This document shows positions 38,223-44,780 of a stretch of DNA of 64,000 bases, piece after piece (the first letter of the stretch is position 1; every line of letters begins with the position of its first letter). Origin of the DNA: Opitutales bacterium (lineage in GTDB: Bacteria; Verrucomicrobiota; Verrucomicrobiia; Opitutales; Opitutaceae). The DNA lies in assembly GCA_038231575.1 (NCBI GenBank), contig JBBRLB010000011.1, positions 1,488 to 65,487 of the forward strand, written 5' to 3'. A program made the position numbers and the translations under genes. The notes beneath the pieces were generated by a model. It ran no database searches and had not been told where the DNA came from. It saw only the letters and a list, made by a program, of their open reading frames with translations.

Positions 38223-39323
38223 GTGTCACGCGCCCTGGCCGATTTCAGTTTGTCCGAACTCCAGCAGCAATTCGCTGCGTGGGGCGCGAAGCCGTCGCAC
38301 GCGGCGCGGGTGCTGCGGGCGTATTACGAGAACGGCGGCGAACTGCCTGAACTCGTCGCGACTCCGACGTCATCGCGCACTTCGTCGGCGCGGCCTGGTT
38401 TCGCGCTGCCCGATGATCTGCTCGCGCGGCTCCGCACGGAACTCGCGCCCGGCGCAGCGGAGGTGGCGGTGCGCCAAGTCGCGGCGGACGGCACGACGAA
38501 ACTGCTCTTGCGACTCGGCGACGGGCGCACGGTCGAGTCGGTGCTGATGCCGGATTTTCGCGCGGACCGCGCGGCGGGTTGCATTTCCTCCCAAGTCGGC
38601 TGCGCGATGGGTTGTGATTTTTGCGCGACGACGAAGACCGGTTTCGAGCGCAACCTCACCGCCGGCGAAATCGTGGCGCAGTTTCTCGCGCTTCGTCGCG
38701 AAGCGCGCACCACGGGCCGCCGGCTGCAAACGGTCGTGTTCATGGGCATGGGCGAACCGCTGCTCAACCTCGACCACGTGATCGAAGCCGTGCGCCGCAT
38801 CGCCGACAACCCGCTTGGCGCGCTCGGTTGGCGGCAGGTGACGGTGTCGACCGTCGGCATTGTGCCGGGCATCGATGCGCTCGCCGCCACCGGCCTGAAC
38901 GTGAATCTCGCCGTCTCGCTCCACGCGCCCGACGACGCCACGCGCGCGTCACTCCTGCCGATGGGAAAACGTTTCGCCATCGCGGAAATCCTCGCCGCCG
39001 CCGATCGGTTTCAGGCGAAACGCGGCCGGCCGGTGACGATTCAATACTGCCTGCTCAAGGGCGTGAACGATTCCGCCGAACACGCGCGCACGCTGGCGTC
39101 CGTCCTCGGCGCACGCCGCATGCACGTGAATTTGCTGCGCTACAATCCCACCGGCCTCAGTCTGCGCGGCATCAGCTACGAGCCAACGTCCGACGACACG
39201 GCTGAGACGTTTGTCGCCGAATTGCGCACGCGCGGAGTCGTCGCACATTTCCGCCGTTCGCGCGGGCCGGAGATCGACGCGGCCTGCGGGCAACTGCGGC
39301 GGCGGGTTTCCGAGCCAGCATAG
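38223..39323 (+). CDS. rlmN: Radical-SAM 23S rRNA/tRNA (adenine-C2) methyltransferase RlmN
   Basis: CISSQVGCAMGCDFCATTK radical-SAM cluster motif ... MGMGEPLLN ... IDAACGQL at the C-terminus. GTG start. Confidence 0.92.
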   Translation: MSRALADFSLSELQQQFAAWGAKPSHAARVLRAYYENGGELPELVATPTSSRTSSARPGFALPDDLLARLRTELAPGAAEVAVRQVAADGTTKLLLRLGDGRTVESVLMPDFRADRAAGCISSQVGCAMGCDFCATTKTGFERNLTAGEIVAQFLALRREARTTGRRLQTVVFMGMGEPLLNLDHVIEAVRRIADNPLGALGWRQVTVSTVGIVPGIDALAATGLNVNLAVSLHAPDDATRASLLPMGKRFAIAEILAAADRFQAKRGRPVTIQYCLLKGVNDSAEHARTLASVLGARRMHVNLLRYNPTGLSLRGISYEPTSDDTAETFVAELRTRGVVAHFRRSRGPEIDAACGQLRRRVSEPA

Positions 39324-39815
39324 AAGGCATTAAGAACTAAAACCTGACTCCGCCTGCTCGCTCGGTTTCGGGCGCCGTGGCGATCATCTCGTCGGACCAC
39401 GCGATCACTTCGGGCGCTTCGACGAAGCTTTCGTGATGCGTTGGATAAAATATTCCGCCTTAGTCCGGATAGTTCATCTTCCGAACTCTTCAGAGGTCAT
39501 GATTATGCCCAGAGCGAAAGGCTGGTGTGAAGATCGCCCCGAGCACGGATGAGGCGAGGAGAACCCCGGTGGTTTTCACGGGGGGACAGATTCATGATGG
39601 GCAGAAAGCTTACCGCCACGAGTAACTCTGCTCGCGTGGATGCGAGTTAAGAACCAAGGACGGCTAGCGTAACCCGAGCGAGGATCGACCCAGCGAGAAG
39701 CTCAGGAAAGCGAGGATTGCCTTGGAGGAAAATCCTCCCGCGTAGGGTTGAGACCCACTCATGCGGAGGAAGAATGTCGGGAACCAGCGACCGATCCGCT
39801 CAATCTATTCTCGTT

Positions 39816-40403
39816 ATGAAAGCCCCCGCTCTCCCCCTGAGTGCTTTGGCCGCTGCCATCGCGACACTCGGCTCCGGCTGCGCCAGCAGCACCCCGCCCC
39901 CGCCCCCTCCTCCTCCCGCTTACTCGCAATACCCCAACTCCTATCCAGCCGACGAGTCTCGCACTCCGAACCACACCGCGCGGGGCGCCGTCGCCGGGGC
40001 GGTGGCCGGTGCCGTGCTCGGCGGGATTATCGGCAACAACTCCGAGCACGGGAACACCGAAAAAGGTGCCGTGATCGGTGCCGTCGCCGGCGGCATTGCC
40101 GGCGGTGTGATCGGTCACCATGCAGATCAGCGGGAGTCCGCCGGCGTTTACTCGCCGGACACGGGCTATGTCGTGCAAACCGTGCCCCAGCAGCCTGGAT
40201 CGGAGCCGTATGAGCAGGTGCCGCCGCAACCGGCGCAGCAAGCCGTGTGGATCCGCGGCCACTACGATTACGTCGGCAACGGTTATCAGTGGACACCGGG
40301 CCGGTGGGAGATTCCACCGGGCGGCGCACGCGTGTATATCGGCCCATCATGGCAGCCAGCGGCGAGGGGCGGCTACATTTACGTGCGCGGACACTGGCAG
40401 TGA
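39816..40403 (+). CDS. Lipoprotein with a glycine-zipper segment and C-terminal YXWGXW-type repeats
   Basis: MKAPALPLSALAAAIATLGSGC lipobox. GAVAGAVAGAVLGGIIG / GAVIGAVAGGIAGGVIG glycine zippers. WIRGHYDYVGNGYQWTPGRWEIPP and YIYVRGHW repeats. ATG 39774 is an alternative start. Confidence 0.75.
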   Translation: MKAPALPLSALAAAIATLGSGCASSTPPPPPPPPAYSQYPNSYPADESRTPNHTARGAVAGAVAGAVLGGIIGNNSEHGNTEKGAVIGAVAGGIAGGVIGHHADQRESAGVYSPDTGYVVQTVPQQPGSEPYEQVPPQPAQQAVWIRGHYDYVGNGYQWTPGRWEIPPGGARVYIGPSWQPAARGGYIYVRGHWQ

Positions 40404-40550
40404 GCCTCGCGTGCAAAATGGTATCCTCGGTTCACAAAACTGGCGGTGCCCAGAGCCTCCTTTTGCTGTAAACCCGCCGAATGAGAGGGGGTGAATGTTT
40501 GCGTTCAGCTCCCCACCTACCGCTGGTCCCGCTCATCGCCGATCGTTGTC

Positions 40551-42710
40551 TCACTTCGCCAGCGGATCGGGCCGGAGCTGGAAGTGCATGACTTTGCTCG
40601 TGGTGCCTTTCCCGGTCTCCATGTGAAACGGCGCGCGCGTGCTCACGCACGCCCAGAGGCCGCGGCCTTTCCAGCCGGCCTTCGCGTCGTCGATGCGGCC
40701 GTCCATCCACTTGGTATAAAACCCGAGCGGGTAGGGCACGCGCAGGATCACCCACTGGCCGTCCTTCAACGCGAGCAGGCCCTCGGATTCGTTGCCGGTG
40801 TTGATCGGCGTGTTTTTACCGAGGCCCAGCGTGTCGAACTGATCGACCCACGTGTAGTAACTCGCCTCGGCGCTGCCGCCGGTCTTCACGCCCTGCAACT
40901 GCGGCAACGGTTCCGGATAAAATGTCCAGCCCTCGCGCGCGTGCTGGCCCGTCGCGGTCGGGCCGTTGAGCGGACCCTTCACTTTGCGCCGATCGAAACT
41001 CGCCATGTGCCCGCTCGCGAGCGCGACCCACGCCACGCCGTCGCGATCGATGTCCATCCCGCGGGGCGAGAAACCCTCGATGGGCTCACCCTTGTCATTG
41101 AGCGGGAGTTCGTAATATTCGGCGAGCGCCGTTGAGGGCGGATTCGCTCCGGGATTCAGTCGCACGATCGCGCCGGGATAACTGAGCACCGAGCCCCACA
41201 CGGAGCCGTCGGGTGCCGGCGACACCGAATAAAACGGCGCGTTGATGCGTTTGTCCTTCGCGGGATCGACGGGGTCGTTGGGCTCGACGTAGGCGTCGCG
41301 GCGGCCGTTGCCGTTCGTGTCGAGAATGAGCGCGGTCCAGCCTTGCGACGCGACCTCGTCGCCCGTCTCGAGAAATTTTTTCGTGTTCAACCAGCCCACG
41401 ACCTGGCCGCCGCCGCTCGTCCACGCGGTGTTGTTGGCGTCCTCCGCGAACATCACGTGATGCGTGCTGAAGCCGGTGCTGATGTGCGTGTATTTCTGCG
41501 TCTTCGGATCATACATGCCGAGGTGGCGGCTCGCGTTGGCGAGCGGGAAAAGTTTTGCCGACTCGAAAGCCGAGCCCTTGCGGAAAACTTCCGGATTGGC
41601 CGACGGCCGCACGGTCGCGGTGATCCAGACGCGGCCTTCGCCGTCGAACATCGGATTGTGCACGTTGGCCTTGCTGTTCCAGATAATCTCGTCGCCCCAA
41701 TACGGCGAGGCGCCCGGTTTTTCCTGCGCGGCCGCCGGTTTCGTCGCCGGATCGCGCACCGTCAACGGCACGCGGCTCGTCGTGTGATGCACCGGATCGA
41801 GCACGGGTAGGTAGTCGGCGCTGAGCTCGAGCGAGCCGTAGAGGAGACCGTTGGCGTTGACGGTGGGGTTGCGGCGGTCGGTCGAGACCACGTCGTGGAG
41901 ATAGGCCTTCGGATCGGCCCAGTCCCACTGCGTGATGACGACGTTGCGCTCGATCCCCTGCGGCCGGCGCGGTGCCGGCGGCACCTCGCCCGCGGCGATG
42001 CGATCGGTCCAGTCGGCAAACATTTTTATGGCGCGCTCGCGGCCGACGCTGGCGAGCGTGCGGACCATGTCGGCGCCCGCCTGGCCCGAGAGAATCCGGC
42101 GTTCCCAGGCCTTCTCGGTGGACTCCAAGCCGTGAAACAGATCGGGCAGCTCGCGCGTCGCCTGCGTGCCGAGCGCGTGACACGAGAAGCAGCCGCCGGA
42201 TTTGATGATGCGGAGAAACTGCGCCTGATTTTTGATCGTGGGTGAAATGCCGTTGCCGATGGTGCCGGGAAATTCTTCCGGCGCCGGCGGACGCAACAGC
42301 GAATACCAATAGCCCGCCGGATAATAATGCGCGGCGGCTTTCGGAGTCGGCGCGATGACGGCAGAGAGATTGAGCGTCTTGCCGGGCGCGGATTTTAGCT
42401 TCGCGGAATCAACGAGACCATAGCCGCGCACCCACACGTCGTAATTCGCCGCCGGGAGTTCCGGGAGCACATAACGCCCGCGATCATCGGTCACGACGAT
42501 CTTCGCGAACTTGGTCGGGAGGTCCGTCGTCTCCGCGATCACCCACACGCCCGCCTCGGGGCCGGCCGGGCTCGTGACGACGCCCTCCAGTGATCCAGTC
42601 CCTGGCGGCGGTGATTGACCGAAACTCAGAGTGACACCGACGAGGAATAGAAAGAGCGCGCCAGTGATCGGCGCACGCAATGAGAAGCCGGAGTCGAGGA
42701 GAAGTTTCAT
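40551..42710 (-). CDS. Secreted multidomain protein: carboxypeptidase-regulatory-like domain, single CXXCH heme-c motif, large beta-rich C-terminal region
   Basis: Signal peptide MKLLLDSGFSLRAPITGALFLFLVGVTLSFG. GSLEGVVTSPAGPEAGVWV...VTDDRGRYVLPELPAANYDVWV. The only heme motif is GGCFSCH. The track start at 42884 adds an implausible 58-aa extension. Confidence 0.7.
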   Translation of the reverse strand: MKLLLDSGFSLRAPITGALFLFLVGVTLSFGQSPPPGTGSLEGVVTSPAGPEAGVWVIAETTDLPTKFAKIVVTDDRGRYVLPELPAANYDVWVRGYGLVDSAKLKSAPGKTLNLSAVIAPTPKAAAHYYPAGYWYSLLRPPAPEEFPGTIGNGISPTIKNQAQFLRIIKSGGCFSCHALGTQATRELPDLFHGLESTEKAWERRILSGQAGADMVRTLASVGRERAIKMFADWTDRIAAGEVPPAPRRPQGIERNVVITQWDWADPKAYLHDVVSTDRRNPTVNANGLLYGSLELSADYLPVLDPVHHTTSRVPLTVRDPATKPAAAQEKPGASPYWGDEIIWNSKANVHNPMFDGEGRVWITATVRPSANPEVFRKGSAFESAKLFPLANASRHLGMYDPKTQKYTHISTGFSTHHVMFAEDANNTAWTSGGGQVVGWLNTKKFLETGDEVASQGWTALILDTNGNGRRDAYVEPNDPVDPAKDKRINAPFYSVSPAPDGSVWGSVLSYPGAIVRLNPGANPPSTALAEYYELPLNDKGEPIEGFSPRGMDIDRDGVAWVALASGHMASFDRRKVKGPLNGPTATGQHAREGWTFYPEPLPQLQGVKTGGSAEASYYTWVDQFDTLGLGKNTPINTGNESEGLLALKDGQWVILRVPYPLGFYTKWMDGRIDDAKAGWKGRGLWACVSTRAPFHMETGKGTTSKVMHFQLRPDPLAK

Positions 42711-42837
42711 AGTCCGTGTCCTTTCACGAAGCGAGGGAGTGGGGCAGCAACCGCCGGATGATCGAACGCCCGGCGGTGGCGTGAACGGCAACACACTGAC
42801 CTCCCCGAGGCAACGTCGATGTGGGTTGTCTCGTTGC

Positions 42838-43133
42838 TCACATTGTGAGGTGCTCGGCCCAATAGCCCGGCCTCCGTTTGCCATGCATCACTGCGACGAC
42901 GTGCAGCCGTTCGGGTTCAATCGTGTAGAGCAACTTGAACGGAAATCCCGCACGACGCATTTGCGCACCGGTCCGCGCAGGCGCGGCCACACTTTGGGAT
43001 GCGCCGTTATGCGCGCGACGGTGAGCATCGCCGCTTGATAGAATCTCAAGCCCAAGCCGGGGGACCCAGCCTGATAATAATCGATCGCCGCCTGAAACTC
43101 CGCGTCAGCCTCGGGGTGGAAGAGCGCGTTCAC
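42838..43133 (-). pseudogene. RelE/ParE-family toxin with a -1 frameshift
   Basis: The N-terminal frame reads MNALFHPEADAEFQAAIDYYQAGSPGLGLRF...VRKCVVRDF. The family-typical C-terminus (P)FKLLYTIEPERLHVVAVMHGKRRPGYW is only readable after a one-base shift at GG 42941-42942, where GGG is expected. Confidence 0.75.
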
Positions 43134-43243
43134 AGGCCCAGCCGTCGCTGCGCCTTGGCAAAGACTTCCTCCGCCGGCACACCTTTGACTGCACCGCTCG
43201 TCAATTCCTCGGCCCGTCGCTCAGCCGTGTCAGCCCAAGCGGC
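43130..43243 (-). pseudogene. 5'-truncated addiction-module antitoxin (only the C-terminal 37 codons remain)
   Basis: AAWADTAERRAEELTSGAVKGVPAEEVFAKAQRRLGL matches the C-terminal half of the small 'putative addiction module component' antitoxins. There is no start codon. Its upstream part is replaced by the rlmN fragment. Its stop overlaps the toxin GTG. Confidence 0.65.
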
Positions 43244-43319
43244 TTTCCGCCGTTCGCGTGGTCCGGATATCGACGCGGCGTGCGGGCAACTCAGGAGGCG
43301 TAATGAAATATTAGCATGA
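43244..43319 (+). pseudogene. Orphan second copy of the rlmN 3' end (last 24 codons plus stop)
   Basis: Encodes FRRSRGPDIDAACGQLRRRNEILA*, compared with FRRSRGPEIDAACGQLRRRVSEPA* at 39248-39323. There is no upstream rlmN body. Confidence 0.85.
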
Positions 43320-43381
43320 GCTGCGCGTCTGCTGGCTGAGTGACGCGTGACAAGTTACGAGTTTCTGCCTACAGAATCTGA

Positions 43382-43972
43382 ATGCTCTTTGCCGAAATTA
43401 TTGAAAACCACGGCATCGATTTAGTTAATGCTGTCGCTGTTCCATTTGTTGTTTCTCTAGTCGTTGGGATACCTCTTGCGATCTATGCCGGATTAGTGGG
43501 ATCGCGACTTGTTGGGTTCTACGAGACTCGCACTGCAGCTGTTCAGGAATTGATGTTTTTGCCGCGAGCGCTTTCAGAGGCTGGAAATATTCGTAAGGCG
43601 AATTTGAGACTCGCTGAAATGTGGGCAGCCACACGAGTAGCTTTTAATGGTCAGAACCAAGCCGAGGCTTCGGCAGTTCTCGATCGCTTGAATAGAGAGG
43701 CGATCGGATTTTACAGGCACGCCTTCCTGACGCAGATGAGCTTAGCTGAGATAAATGCGGTTATGGGTGACGCTCAGGCTATGAGTGAGGAGCGCTGGTT
43801 TTCGATGAGTTGTGGCATTATCGAGCAAAACACGATTGGCTTAAACCAGCTTCGCGAAATTGAATCTTTAGAGCCTAACTACTCGGTGATTTTTGAAGTG
43901 CCAACTTTGGGACGCTGGTTGCGTCGCAGCGATTGCGGCGACTGCTGCTCGAATTGTAAACGAGTGCTTTAA
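43382..43972 (+). CDS. Orphan hypothetical membrane protein (196 aa), AT-richer than its surroundings
   Basis: One predicted TM helix (AVAVPFVVSLVVGIPLAIYAGLVG), a helical body, and a Cys-rich tail CGDCCSNC. Its codons (TTA, ATA, AGA, AAT, TTT) are otherwise rare in this window. Confidence 0.65.
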   Translation: MLFAEIIENHGIDLVNAVAVPFVVSLVVGIPLAIYAGLVGSRLVGFYETRTAAVQELMFLPRALSEAGNIRKANLRLAEMWAATRVAFNGQNQAEASAVLDRLNREAIGFYRHAFLTQMSLAEINAVMGDAQAMSEERWFSMSCGIIEQNTIGLNQLREIESLEPNYSVIFEVPTLGRWLRRSDCGDCCSNCKRVL

Positions 43973-43974
43973 TC

Positions 43975-44079
43975 TTACGCCTTCTTATTCCGTCCGCCCT
44001 TTGCCTCGATGTTCAGGTAAGTCTCATTGAGCATCTGGCTTTCGTAAAGTTCGAGGAGGCGGACGCCTTCGCGCGGCTT
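43975..44079 (-). pseudogene. Orphan second copy of the speA 3' end (last 34 codons plus stop)
   Basis: Encodes KPREGVRLLELYESQMLNETYLNIEAKGGRNKKA*, compared with KPREGVRLLELYESQMLNKTYLNIEAKGGRKKKA* at 44781-44885. Confidence 0.85.
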
Positions 44080-44384
44080 CAGGCGGACAGGGGTTCGACT
44101 TCGGCTTCGATGCGGCGACCGAGCGCGGTGCGGGCTTGCTCCAGATCGTAAGCTTGCTGGAGATTCAGCCAGAAGCGCTCACCGGTGCCGAAGAAACGGC
44201 CGAGGCGCAGCGCGGTGTCGGCGGTGATGGCTCGGCGCCCTTTGGTGATCTCGGTGAGGCGCGAGGCGGGAATGCCCGTGCGCTGGCTCACTTGATAGCA
44301 GCTGAGGTCGTGCGGTGTGATCCACTCCTCGAGCAGAATCTCCCCGGGCGTGATATTGGAAACGACGGGCAGTTTGGTTTTCAT
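44079..44384 (-). CDS. higA: HigA-family antitoxin (XRE helix-turn-helix)
   Basis: ITPGEILLEEWITPHDLSCYQVSQRTGIPASRLTEITKGRRAITADTALRLGRFFG. Confidence 0.88.
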   Translation of the reverse strand: MKTKLPVVSNITPGEILLEEWITPHDLSCYQVSQRTGIPASRLTEITKGRRAITADTALRLGRFFGTGERFWLNLQQAYDLEQARTALGRRIEAEVEPLSA

Positions 44385-44412
44385 GGCAGATGAATTCTCG
44401 GGCGAGCAGGGT

Positions 44413-44694
44413 TCAGTGGTAATCTACAATTTCAACGTTGTGGGCATCTTCGCCGGCCCAACGGAAGCAGAGGCGCCACTGGTCGTTTATGCGAATGCTG
44501 TGTTGGCCGCGGCGTGAGCCCTTGAGAGCTTCCAGTCGATTGCCGGGTGGCAGGCGCATGATGTCGAGTCGATCGGCGGCATCAAGTTGGAGGAGCTTGC
44601 GTCGGGCGGCGCGTTGGATGTCAGGCGGCAAGTGACGTGAAGCCGTGCCGCCAAAGAGCTTTTCGGTCTCAGCGTCAGCGAAGCTTTTGATCAC
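44413..44694 (-). CDS. higB: HigB-type (RelE-fold) plasmid-maintenance killer toxin
   Basis: MIKSFADAETEKLF...LEALKGSRRGQHSIRINDQWRLCFRW. Toxin-first gene order is typical of HigBA. GTG start. Confidence 0.88.
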   Translation of the reverse strand: MIKSFADAETEKLFGGTASRHLPPDIQRAARRKLLQLDAADRLDIMRLPPGNRLEALKGSRRGQHSIRINDQWRLCFRWAGEDAHNVEIVDYH

Positions 44695-44780
44695 GAAGGC
44701 CAGGGTAGGCCACGTGACGATGTTCGCAAGCAGAATAGTTACGCGAAGCGTAACTATGGATTCGAACTACAGATCCACGC

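Noticed and set aside
42999-43319. Track ORF of 106 aa on the plus strand, ending in ...FRRSRGPDIDAACGQLRRRNEILA.
   Set aside because: Only its last 24 codons are meaningful, as the orphan rlmN end. The rest is antisense to the ParE/antitoxin remnants.
44733-44780. On the minus strand a GTTCGAATCC T-loop-like string (44759-44768) lies next to a perfect 10-bp hairpin ATAGTTACGC-GAA-GCGTAACTAT (44735-44757), between speA and higB. I considered a possible tRNA-fragment att site.
   Set aside because: The flanking T-stem pairs poorly (one mismatch and one wobble in 5 bp). There is no acceptor/CCA context and no anticodon arm. The hairpin is more simply the speA terminator or higBA promoter region, though it lacks a proper T-run.
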